Assembly: GCA_977017575.1 (NCBI GenBank)
Contig: CDRNVI010000139.1
Location: forward strand, 124,001 to 188,000
Source: Paramoeba atlantica
Lineage: Eukaryota > Protista > Discosea
DNA length: 64,000 nucleotides
Reading direction: 5' to 3'
The notes beneath the pieces are model-generated. The model saw nothing but the letters and a program-made list of their open reading frames with translations. It had not been told where the DNA came from and searched no databases. Positions 45,788-56,650 of this stretch are shown one piece after another (positions within the stretch are counted from its first letter, which is position 1; the number at the start of each line of letters is the position of its first letter). The position numbers were made by a program, and so were the translations under genes.

Positions 45788-47511
45788 TCAAAAAAAATGA
45801 TTAGATTTGATTCGATTTGATTCGATATTTGTGTTGTATGTGTGAACTTGATGAAACAAAATAATTTTTCGAAAAAAAAAACAATTGAATTTGAACCTTC
45901 CTTGATCTTTGAGAGGGATCTCCTTCTTCATATGATCGACAAGGTCCCTTAATCCTTTTTCTTTACTATCTTCCTGTTTTTGAAATTGTTCGCGCCAATT
46001 TGTTGTGACTCGATTAAGATCTTCGAACCATTCTTTTTGTTCATCTGACGAAGTTGTAAGTATTGGTAAATCATCTGGACCCGCGTTGATGATCTTAACC
46101 ATATTCTTCGATCCCAATTCTACAGAAGCATTGATGAGCGGGTAAAAATTGACAAACTTAAACTTGTTTTGTTTCCCCTCCAGCGCAGTAGTACAGACAA
46201 GCTTATCATTAAATAAGAAACAGTAGAACGGAGTTGGAGTGTTCTCAATTTCAATCGAAAGATGTCCTTCTTTTATATACTCCCTCTCATACTTTGTAAG
46301 ATTTCCTGGGTATCCAACCAAAGTCTCACGAAGTTCAAAGAGTTTTCGATCTGAAGCACTTGGAGGATTTTCAGATAGATGCATCAGTTCATGGAGGATG
46401 TTCATTAAATGGCTTGATGAAGCAAGAGAACGGCGAAGAGAAGAGGAGAGACGGAGAGAAGAAGATTGTTGATGAGGTTTAACCAGTTGGTCGAAATTGT
46501 CTTGGAGAATTTTGAGGTGTGCACGAGGACTCTCAAAGAGAAGTTCAACGATTGATTGTCCGAACTTGGAATTTGAACTTTTTTCAAGAGAAGAAAATTT
46601 GTCTTTCAAAGTATCAGCCTCATGTAAGACTTCATACATTAGACGAGCAAAGGGAAGAGAACATAAATATTTTCGATAGATGTCAAAAAAGTGTCTCTCA
46701 AATATCGCTTTCTGGAACGTGGTGTGGATTGGAATATCAGGAAGAAGTTCTATTGAGATATGATAATGAAGTTCATAGATTTGATCAAGGTTTCCAAAGA
46801 GAAGAAGGAGATCATCTTTTTTGACATTTTCTCCTTCAAGTTCAGGCTTCACCCAATGAATCAGAAAACGAATTTTTTCTCGATAATCCGTTTCGACTTG
46901 ATTGATTTTCTCGAAAAATTCAGTTTGGGTATTGATAATTGATGGGATATTCAATGCGCGACTTGATTGACTTAAAATCCCAACTTGATGCTCTTCAAGC
47001 TCTGGGGGAGAAACATCTTGATCTTGGTAACGTTGAAACCATTCTGAAGATTTGAACTGGATCAAAAACAGTTATTATTATCAACCCCCCAAAAAAGAAA
47101 CAACACACAGAAAACAAAAAAACAAAACACAAAAGAGAAAAAAAGAACCTTTGGAACACACTCAGTCTGAAGACAAAAAATAATATCAGCCTCAATCTCA
47201 TCAAAAGAATCAATAGAAACACGATCTTCATTGATCTGATCAAAGATCTTCTTTCTCTGATGAAGAGGGATTGGGATCTCAAAAGTCGAATCAGGCTCCA
47301 AAAATTCTTCATACAAAATCCAAGAATTGATTCGTAAGAGAGCCTTATCAGATGATTCTTCATATTCTTTCTTCAATTGTTGCAACTCACACCAAAAGAG
47401 ATAATTTTCGAGTCCATTGATTGTTACAAGAAACCCACGAAAGAAACCGATCAGACGAGGAGAGTGAAAGATCTCATTCAAAGTTACTTTTGGTTCATTG
47501 AATGCTGCCAT
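45788..47511 (-). CDS. RGS-DH-PH protein (RGS-RhoGEF-like architecture)
   Basis: RGS (FRGFL..ENYLFWCE..IYEEFL..SFEIPI), DH-like (VETDY..LFGNLDQIYELH) and PH (IKEGHL..FLFNDKLV). Confidence 0.78.
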
Positions 47512-47624
47512 TTTCAATACAGAAGAACCCCACACCCAAAGAGAGAGAGTTCAAAAGAGAAAGAAAGAGTTTGGGGGAAGAGAGAAGAGAGAGAGAAGAG
47601 AGACAAAGGGTTGGAAACGATCGA

Positions 47625-47632
47625 TGACGTCA
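47625..47632. promoter_or_regulatory. CRE/ATF-type palindrome TGACGTCA
   Basis: 114 bp upstream of the RGS-DH-PH ATG. Confidence 0.4.
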
Positions 47633-47763
47633 GAAAACTGATTTTTCTCTCCGAGGTTTGTCCAAAAAATTAAAACACACACAAAAAAGTGTATTTCTTT
47701 TGTTGTCTAAATTATTTTTTATTTCATTCTTATTATTATTATTATTATTATTATTATTTCTTT

Positions 47764-48104
47764 TTATTTGCCACCAAGAAGCATCATATCAGCAAAGGCT
47801 CGATAATCAACGTTCCCACGACCATCAGCGAATTGTTGAGCTTCAGCAAGAAAATCCTGAACCTGAAATAACCCCAAGAATCAGTATTAAAAAAAAAAAG
47901 TCTTTTTCCAAGACAATAGAAGAAGAAGAAGAAGAAGGATAAGAAAGAAAAAAAAAGGAAGCAAGTTACATCAGGAATTGGTTCTCCTTCTTCTCCAACA
48001 ATGCGGCGAAGTTCCTCCATTGACAAAGTGAAAGATCGGTTTTCGTCAAAGTTATAGAAAGCTTCTTGGATTTCTTCAACAGTTAATTGTCCAGCCCCAG
48101 ACAT
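47764..48104 (-). CDS. Single-lobe two-EF-hand protein (about 77 aa), myosin-I light-chain-like
   Basis: EEIQEAFYNFDENRSFTLSMEELR spliced to VQDFLAEAQQFADGRGNVDYRAFADMM. Confidence 0.75.
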
Positions 48105-48386
48105 TCTTTTTGTTTCTTTTTGATGAAATAACTTTTTCCACAAAATTATACAAGAAAGATTCCTTCTCTCTCTCTCTTTCCTTTTCCTTTTTCTTTCCGC
48201 CTGAACAGAAAAAAAAGGCACCGCAAAACCAAATGGTAGCACTTTTAATAATTATGTCATATGAAAAATCTCATTTTAAAAATATAAAAACACGTAATAC
48301 TTATAAATGAAGGAGCACGGTTATTTCTCTTTTTCTTTTTTCTGTTTGGTTTTCTGTTTTCTGACCAATCTACACACCCTGACAAA

Positions 48387-48957
48387 ATGAGTAAGTTCGA
48401 TCCTGAAACCGAGGCTCAATTGCGAGAAGCTTTTGAGTTTGGAGCAAAAGGTTTCTCTTCTTTCTTTTTTTCTTTCTTTTTTGTTTTTAAAGTTCGGAGA
48501 AGTTGTTGTCTTTTTCGTTTTTTTTTTCCCCCTCCTCAAACGAAAATATTCATCAATCTCTTTTCTTTTATTGACTGTTTCAGGAATGCCAACTGTCAAT
48601 TGGCAATCCCTTGGCCATGTAATTCGATTTTTGGGGCAAAATCCATCCCCAAACGAACTTCAAAATATAATGTCTGAGAATGGAGCTGGTGGATCAATGG
48701 ATTCCAACGCATTCATGAAGATGATGGCCAAACGATACAAAACAGCAGAAGGAGAAGAAGATCTCATCGAAGCTTTCCGTGTGTTTGATAAAGATGGGAA
48801 AGGAGATATTGCATCTGGTGAATTGCGCCATTTACTTACCAATCTTGGCGAACGACTTGAAGCTGAGCAAGTGAATTCGATGATGCAAGAAGTCATTCCT
48901 GGAGCGGCTGGTAATCTCAAATATGAACCATTCATTCGATATGTCATGAATTTATAA
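48387..48957 (+). CDS. Calmodulin-like myosin light chain (2 exons)
   Basis: [40 protein letters not shown]; the EF loops are degenerate. Confidence 0.88.
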
Positions 48958-49209
48958 GAAAATGTATAAAACAAAAATTTAAAGATCAAACCAAAAAATC
49001 GACTGCAAATAATCTTTTCTCTTTTGATTTTCTTTTTGGGAAAAACCACTTTTCAGTCATCAGTTGTTTGGGGAGACCTTTTTTCTTTTTTGGTGTTTGT
49101 GTTTCTTCCGTTTTCAATATTCATTCCTCGCACACTTATGGTGTGGTGGTGTTCACCTTTTTTGTTTTAGTTTTTTCAGGTTTCTTCTTGGCTTCCACAT
49201 TTTTCCCAG

Positions 49210-50886
49210 ATGAGCGATCCTGTTGACATCTATGGGGACTTTAGTGGAGATGAAGAGGTTTTTTGGTTCTGTTCTTCTTCTTTTTTTCAACTCTTCTTTT
49301 CTTTTTTGTGGTGATTTACAAAGTTTTTTTTTCTTATTCAAGACTTCCTCCTTTGCTGAGACTTTCGAAGAAGAGAAAGAATTGAAGGAAGGATCACCTT
49401 CTCCAGAGGATTCTCTCAATGATGAAAAAGTTGAACAACCGGACACAGATGGAGAAGAAAAGAAAGAAAAACAAGAAAAGAGAGGTACTCCCATTAAATT
49501 TTTTAACAAAGAAGAAGGAAATGGTGATTTAAATGGAAGAGATACCACCCCTTCTCAAAAAACGCAACAACCAATTCCACAACAACAAAAGAGGTATTTT
49601 TTTTTCTCTTCAACTTTTATCTCTTCATCAATCTCCAACTGATATTCGATCTATGTGTATGTAGTTACAGTGATCTATCGCCCCAACCCCCTCTCTCCAG
49701 AGGAAAATTCCAATCGACGAAGAAAAATTCTGTTCTCTTCATCGGGAATTTGACTTGGTGGACAACTGATCAAGAAATTGAAGATCTTCTCAAACCGGTT
49801 CATTTTTTTTTTGATTGATTCGCCAATATCTTAAAACAACCAAAATATCACACACAAAAACTCATTCAAAAATATAAAAAAATAGTTTGGAAAATTGAAA
49901 GATATCCAATATCTTTCTGACAAAACAAATGGGAAGTTTCAAGGTTGTGTATTTGCAGAATTTGACTCTGCAGACAGTGCAATGAAAGCAAAAATATCGA
50001 TTACAGGTCTCAGTCTTCATGGAAAAGAGATCCAAGCCCAATTCTCATCGAAAAAAAAGGGATCACTCAACCCAACAGCTACAACAACACTAACACAACC
50101 TCCTTCGGTCTCTTCTTCTTCATCTTCTTCTTCTCGACCTCCTTTCCTATCCAACCAACAACAGCAACAAATTAATCTCCCCAACCCCAAAGATCGACCA
50201 GTGGTTCCACCAGCCAGAAATTGGAATGGGAGATCAATCTCCTCTCAACCAACCCTTCCTCCTCAATCTATCAACCCTCAAATGGCAATGTTGCAACAAC
50301 AACAACAACAACTGGCTGCTGCTGCAACTGCCGCCGCGGTTGTGGCTGGCCTTCAATTCCCACCACAACAGACAAATCAAATCAGAACTCCTGGTCGGCT
50401 TCTAGTTCCTCCTCATCCAGGAGTACCAAACAGTATTTTGAATTCTTTTCTTTTCTTTTTCTTTTTCATTACCTTTCTCTTTTTTCTCTTTTCTCACGTT
50501 CACAACAACACAAGACTTTGGAAGGCCCGCTTTTCATCCCACACCCATTCAATTCAGACAAAATCAGCACATGAATGTAACACCAAGGTTATTTTTTTAA
50601 TTATCTATTTTTCTCTTGTTTTCGGGTATGTGAAACAAAAACAAAAGAAGAATTTTTCTTTCAAGATTTGTTGTAATGGAGAATCTGTGTTTCTTTATTT
50701 TTTTTTTGCTCGAAAAAAATAAATTCAAAATTTTTGGATAGATATCGAAAAGAGAGAGACTTCAAAAGAGGGAGAGATCAACAAGAAGGAGGAACACCAA
50801 AACAAGACAGAAAAAGAACAAAACAATTAACTACTTCTTCATCATCACAGACTGAAAAAGGGGGGAGGGTTCAAAAAAAAAAGTAA
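49210..50886 (+). CDS. CPSF6: Cleavage factor Im large subunit (CPSF6/7-like RRM protein); 3' end approximate
   Basis: MSDPVDIYGD, LFIGNLTWWTTDQEI, DKTNGKFQGCVFAEF and a Pro/Gln-rich region. Confidence 0.8.
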
Positions 50887-51020
50887 AAAAAATAAAAAAC
50901 AAAAAACAAAAAACAAAAGACAAGATTTGGAGAGCTTTTTATAACAAAAGAGAAAGAAGAAAGCAAGAAAGAGAATTTTAACATCAATCCCATCACAACA
51001 ACAAAAAACAAGAAAAAAAT

Positions 51021-52322
51021 TTAGGCATCCTCACACCGAACACAATTCCCAGGAACCAAACCAGTCTGATGATTAAGCAATGTCAAATTCAAATAATTGA
51101 AGGGACTGTAGAAAGAACAATTTGGCATGCACGTGTCAGTATAACTCGAGTACAATTGATTTGTTGTACAAGGATATTCCCAACATGGCGCACATTCTTT
51201 GACTCCTTTAGAGTAGAACAAAGTTTCATAGATTCCGTTACGACCATCGACACAGGTATTATTAGGTCCAAGGGTCATTTCAGAAGCAGCAACTCCTCCG
51301 TAGAAATCGGCAGAAAAGGAACGGACGATGTTTCCAGTGGTGACAGCAGTAAAGGGATCAGCCCAGCCATTTTGTTGGATATACCAGGGCCTGTCAGTGG
51401 TAAGGAATTCTTCTGAAGAAGCGGAAGGTTGAGAGGCAAAGGTACCATTACTGTCCAACAACACGGTGTTGAGTGTGTCGGTTTCGAACACGAAATCGTT
51501 TCTGGTGTACAAAATCCAATTTTCGGTACAATTCTTGATGTACTCGGAACGGCAGTCTCCAACAGAATAAAAGTACTGATTGCTGTAACCCACATAAGCT
51601 TCAAGAATAATTTCTTCAGTCATTCCAGTGATGATACCGATGAGGTACTTGGCAACAGCCTCAATATCTCCAACGGAAATAGCTTCAGAACCATCAGGGG
51701 CATTACCATTTCCCCAGGAAAGGGCAATGGGAACAGGGTAAGAACCAGTAAGACAAGGTCCACAAGGTTCGCTAGGGAGACGGTCAGCTCCAGCAACACC
51801 ATCAGAGAAGCTGCTAGCATAAGATTTGCCTCGAGTTCCCTTACCAATATCATAATAGTCAGTCCAGCCATTTCCTTGTTGGTACCAAATTTGCGCAGTA
51901 GTGGTGAAAACTTCAGTAGAAGCAGCGAAAGGACGGTTCTCCAAGAAACCATTTTGTCTCACACGATAGTAGTGGAGGAATCCATCTCCAAAATTATCAA
52001 AGTCTCGGACAACGAAGACGAAACTGCGTCCATTTAAACAAAACTCGCTCCAAGCATAAACAAGGGAACCACAATCAAAGACAGCATAGTAATTTTCAGA
52101 GCTCAAACCGTAGTAGATTTGGTCACGAGATTTGGTTTGGTAAGAACCCAAAATACCTGAGAGAATGTTGTATGCATTTTGGTAATCTGAGCCTTTTTCC
52201 AATTGACTGCCCTCATCAGCAATCGAAGAAGCAGCTGAAAGAGCGTAACTGTAGTCTTCACATTCGTCTGCCAAAGCGGCAAGCACGAAAGCGAAGAACA
52301 ACACGAATGTTCTCAAAGCCAT
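51021..52322 (-). CDS. Intronless secreted protein (433 aa) with two Cache-like repeats and a Cys-rich C-terminal module
   Basis: Signal peptide MALRTFVLFFAFVLAALA. Repeat motifs FTTTAQIWY..GWTDYY..GVAGAD and FLTTDRPWY..GWADPF..GVAASE. No TM segment. Confidence 0.7.
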   Translation of the reverse strand: MALRTFVLFFAFVLAALADECEDYSYALSAASSIADEGSQLEKGSDYQNAYNILSGILGSYQTKSRDQIYYGLSSENYYAVFDCGSLVYAWSEFCLNGRSFVFVVRDFDNFGDGFLHYYRVRQNGFLENRPFAASTEVFTTTAQIWYQQGNGWTDYYDIGKGTRGKSYASSFSDGVAGADRLPSEPCGPCLTGSYPVPIALSWGNGNAPDGSEAISVGDIEAVAKYLIGIITGMTEEIILEAYVGYSNQYFYSVGDCRSEYIKNCTENWILYTRNDFVFETDTLNTVLLDSNGTFASQPSASSEEFLTTDRPWYIQQNGWADPFTAVTTGNIVRSFSADFYGGVAASEMTLGPNNTCVDGRNGIYETLFYSKGVKECAPCWEYPCTTNQLYSSYTDTCMPNCSFYSPFNYLNLTLLNHQTGLVPGNCVRCEDA

Positions 52323-52528
52323 GGCAACGCAAGAAGCGAAAGGAAAACAAAAATACAAGAATGAGTGCGGGAGCTCCTCAGAAAAATTCTCGGAAACTTC
52401 TTGAACAGGAAAACAAAACAAAAGGTGGACTAGAAAAAAGCGGAACAATAAATAAATAGAGTTTTACTTTTAGCGATTTTGGTTTTTTGTTGTTTGATTA
52501 TTTTTTGTTGGTGAGGTTTTTTTTTGAC

Positions 52529-55226
52529 AGGGCACTTTTTTTCTCGTTCTCGTTCGCTTCATTTCCGATAAGAAATTCCTTTGAGATTATGGTTCCCAAA
52601 CACCCTCTCTTGACAAGTTCAAAAAAAGAAATGGATTTGAAAGATTTACTGAAAAGAAACAATGGAGTTCCAACAAAAAAAATCAAAAACGCCCCTTAAA
52701 AGACACCAAAGGGACACCATCGCTGCGACGTTTGGGTGAGAAAAAATCAAAAGAAAATATCGAAAAAATAAAGAAGATGAACCTTTTAAAATTGGAGAAA
52801 AGAAGAGAGTTGAAACCAATGTGGTTGGACTGGTTGTAACCACTTTCCTTTATTCCTCCACCTTCCTGAAGGTGTCTTGCTAATATCCCATCTGTCGAAA
52901 CTTCGTCGCCAGGCAGTGATCTTGAGGTCGCCATCAGTTCTCTTGATATCAAAGAACTCTTCAGAGTTGAGATCTTTCTGTATATTGAAAACATTAATTT
53001 CAAAGCAGTGAAAAGACCTGATTCCTTTAATTGAATTCTTTGCTTTGATTGATGCATCAGATTCTTTGGTAATCCAATCACTATAAAAATTCCCAGAAAG
53101 TGGAGCAACAGAGTCAACAAAATCTTGTCCATTAAGAACCCACTTTGTGTTTCCAAGAGTATACCTCTTTACTGCTTTCTTGTCAATTGCTGCAATACAG
53201 TCACAAATGTCTGAACCATGGTGAGAAGCATGAAAATGGAATGATATCTGCGGAAACTTATTTGTCCTTGGAGGTCTCATGATGGGCTGCAACATCCGTG
53301 CCAGAAAAGCAAATCCAAAGATCCCATGTTTGGATTTATAATGATGAGGACCTCCATCTGTGAAAAAAAAAAGGTGTTCAGTTTGTTCAAAGAGAGGTTT
53401 GAACCTGTGAAGTACTTTAACCCATGACAAAAAGACAAAGTCAGGGTCGTGTTTGTCACGACTTGATTCAGCAAAAATGTTGATGTAAGCTCGGTGTAAA
53501 CCATTAATCATCTTACTGACACCAGTTTGGTGTTCCACCTTTTCTGCAAGTGTTTTTCCGTACCTCAAAACAAGAATATGACACTCCAGTGATTCACACT
53601 TTGCTGAACACTCAAACTTTGAAAAGTCCATCGTCACAACAACACCATTGGGAATTGAATCATCTTTCAGAGCTTGGAGAATGTACCGTTTGAAATCTTG
53701 TTGATCCTGTGCAATCTTCTTGTGGTTTTCATAACCTATTTTTTGATGTTCAGAAAGCTGTTCAGGACTAAACCTGAGTTGATGGCAATATGGACAAGAA
53801 TCACATTTTGAAACGTGACTCCTTTTCGTTTCTTTCTTCACAAATTTTCGGATCGATGTTCGACTGACTTGAAGTTGGTGATTCTCAAGCAAAAATTGCT
53901 GGATTTTAAAAAAAAGTTCTTTGTCAGTAAAATATTGGAGTCGATATTTCTGACCTGATTTCACAGGAAGAATTTCGTTGAAATAATCCATTAATATCTC
54001 CTTGTAAGCAGCCAGCTTTGTTACCCTTCTTGCTGGAGAGATTTCTTGTTCAGCTGTCCTCTTTGCAATTCGGATAATTTTGGATGAAATCCCCAGAGTT
54101 TTTTGATTACAAAATTCTGGAAGCTCATTGCTTATCCTTTTTACGAGCAAGTTTCTTACTTCTGGAAGATGTGAAGTCTCAGAGACAATGTTTGAACAAA
54201 ATTGTCCCACTTTTTCTCGGAATTTGTTTGTTTCTCTTACTTGTACTTCCAAAGCAGTGAGCTATTTTGAATATTCAATTTAGTTTTCTTGTTGTGTTTA
54301 AGAGAGAAAAAAATCGGAAACCTTGGCTTGAAGAGAAAGAATCTCACCATCCTCATGGAGTTGTTCCTTCTGGGGAAAGAGGACCTCTCTTTTCAACGGC
54401 TCTCTTCTGGTGGAGGTATTCCAGAAATCCCCATCAAGATCATCATTCTCTACCTTCTTTCTCTTTCTTTTTCGAATTGAAGAAGTGGCCCAACCCGGTT
54501 CCAGCAGAGGCTCTTTGCTGACCCACAAGAGATCAATCCCACCTGAATTATCTGTCCATTCTAAATATCTTCTCTCTCCCTCACTTGTCTCAACAACAAC
54601 TCCCTGTTTGACAACCTTTCCAAGAATTGAGCCCAAAGAAAATGCCTGCACCAAGGCTCTGAGGAGTTTCTCACGTTGGACTTCTTCTGTTTCATTCTCG
54701 TCTGGTTTTTTGGGACACCGTTTCATATGTCGACTGCGGTTGTCTGACCGAGAAAACTGTTCACATTTGAAGCAATAGGACTTGGTTTCCTTATTCTTGC
54801 ACCAAGGGCAGGTTGGGGTTTCAACACCCACCACACACTTCTGACAAAAAACAAAACTTGTCAAACAAACCATCACCAACCCAAAACCAACCGAAAAAAG
54901 GCTTGCGTTTTTTAGAGCGCTATTTATTGGAGGCTAAAAAACCGCCCAGACGCCCAACAGCCATTTTTTGAGTGCCCTCCGAAAAAAAAACTTCACTGGA
55001 AAAGTCATGAGTTCTCGAAAAGTGATTGATATTCAGATTTTGTCTGATACTGTCTGGTTCTTTTTCAATTGGATTCTTCATTCCATTTTTTTGAAATTGA
55101 TGATTTATTTTTTCCTTTTCTTTTTCGGTGTGAAAAAAATTTTATTTTTCTTTAACAAAAACAAAAACAGACCTTTTGGTGTTTTGTGGGCAAACGTCGC
55201 CTTGAAAAAGCAATGAAAAGTGCCCT
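52529..55226. mobile_element. Sola-like DNA transposon, about 2.7 kb; ends tentative
   Basis: An 11-bp inverted repeat AGGGCACTTTT (52529-52539 / 55216-55226) flanks an intact transposase gene. Subterminal GCGACGTTTG is shared in inverted orientation. No TSD found. Confidence 0.6.
52786..54873 (-). CDS. DDD/E transposase (Sola-like), about 675 aa, 2 exons (intron 54262-54321), with N-terminal zinc fingers
   Basis: In-frame splice LQAK|LTALEVQ joins two ORFs of the track. Motifs CFKC..RHMKRC, CDSCPYC, VTMDF, FFTDGGPHHYK and HHGSDICD. Confidence 0.8.
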
Positions 55227-55367
55227 CAGTATGATTACAAGGTTTTTCTTTTTCTTTTCCTTTCCTTTGAAATTAAAATCAATTTTTAAAATCAATGAAT
55301 GAATAAAGTCAACAAAGAAATATATTAAATAAAATAAATAATCAAGAAGAAGAAAGAGAAGAAAAAG

Positions 55368-55890
55368 AAGCAAAAATATCGATTGGAAAAGAGATCCAAG
55401 CCCAATTCTCATCAAAAAAAAGGAATCAACCCAACAGAGACAACAACACAAACACAACTCTCACACTCACGACACAAGACTTTGGAAGACCCACTTTTCA
55501 TCCCACACTCATAATAAAACACCAAGGTTTTTTTTTAATTATCTCTTTTTTCTCTTGTTTTCGAGTGTGTTAAACAAAAACAAAAGAAGAATTTTTCTTT
55601 CAAGATTTGTTGTAATGGAGAATCTGTGTTTCTTTATTTTTTTTTGCTCGAAAAAAATAAGATGACCGATTGAAAATTTTTTGGACAGATATCAAAAAGG
55701 GAGAGACTTCAAAAGAGGGAGAGATCAACAAGAAGGAGGGAGAGGTCAACAAGAAGGAGGGAGAGGTCAACAAGAAGGAGGAACACCCAAAACAAGACAG
55801 AAAAAGAACAAAAACAAACAACTACTTCTTCGTCATCACAGACTGAAAAAAAGGGGGGAGGGTTCAAAAAAAAAAGTAAAAAAATAAAAA
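55368..55890 (+). pseudogene. Deleted copy of the CPSF6 3' region
   Basis: Colinear matches to 49986-50890 with several internal deletions and a triplicated 21-bp unit. No 5' exons. Confidence 0.8.
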
Positions 55891-56014
55891 ACAAAAACAA
55901 GATTTTTGGGGCTTACAATCACAAAAGAAGAAGAAAGACAGAAAGAAAGAAAGAAAGAAAGAGAATTTTAACACCAACCCCACCACAACAACACAACAAA
56001 AAACAAGAAACAAT

Positions 56015-56527
56015 TTAGGCATCACCACACTGAACACAATTCCCAGGAACCAAACCAGTCTCATTATTGAGCAATGTCGAATTCAAATAATATTTGGGAC
56101 CTTGGAAAGCACAATTTGGCATACACACGTCAGTATAATTCGAGTACAATTGATCTGATCCACAAGGATATTCCCAACATGGTGCACATTCTTCGATTCC
56201 TTGTACCGATGTCGCGTAAATGATTCCGACTGTCGCTCCCAAAAGAAGAATGAAAACGGCAAAGAAGAAGATCCATTTGAAATTTTCGGGGGTATCATCG
56301 TTTTCTTTCCATTTATAAAGCCAAAAAACGTGCCCCAACAAAACACAAAGAAGGAGAATCATGGTGATGTTGGGGAAGAGAGTGTTTTGCGAGAATCCAT
56401 AAACAAGAAGCAAAATGATCGATACGAGAACGTACACAACAGTCAATCCGCCAATGATTAAGAAAATAATCCGATTTCGTGAATTGGTAATGTCTGAATT
56501 TCCAAGAAAAGGGTCGTCTTCTCCCAT
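56015..56527 (-). CDS. TMEM243/DUF2678-like 3-TM protein followed by a Cys-rich module paralogous to the tail of 51021-52322
   Basis: RNRIIFLIIGGLT, three hydrophobic segments, and a tail ECAPCWEYPC..CMPNC..GLVPGNCVQC. Confidence 0.68.
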   Translation of the reverse strand: MGEDDPFLGNSDITNSRNRIIFLIIGGLTVVYVLVSIILLLVYGFSQNTLFPNITMILLLCVLLGHVFWLYKWKENDDTPENFKWIFFFAVFILLLGATVGIIYATSVQGIEECAPCWEYPCGSDQLYSNYTDVCMPNCAFQGPKYYLNSTLLNNETGLVPGNCVQCGDA

Positions 56528-56640
56528 TTTGATTCAACTGCAAAAATTAAACAAAAACAACAAAGCTCACGCGTGAGAGAGAGAGAAAGGAAGAAAATGT
56601 CTCAGAAAAAAGCAAAGAAAAAGAAAAAGAAAAAAAAAAG

Positions 56641-56650
56641 ATGACGTCAT
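56641..56650. promoter_or_regulatory. CRE/ATF-type palindrome ATGACGTCAT
   Basis: About 115 bp upstream of the TMEM243-like ATG. Confidence 0.4.

Noticed and set aside
52520-55235. Target-site duplication for the Sola-like element
   Set aside because: No 2-8 bp direct repeat flanks any register of the inverted repeat that I tried, so the ends remain tentative.
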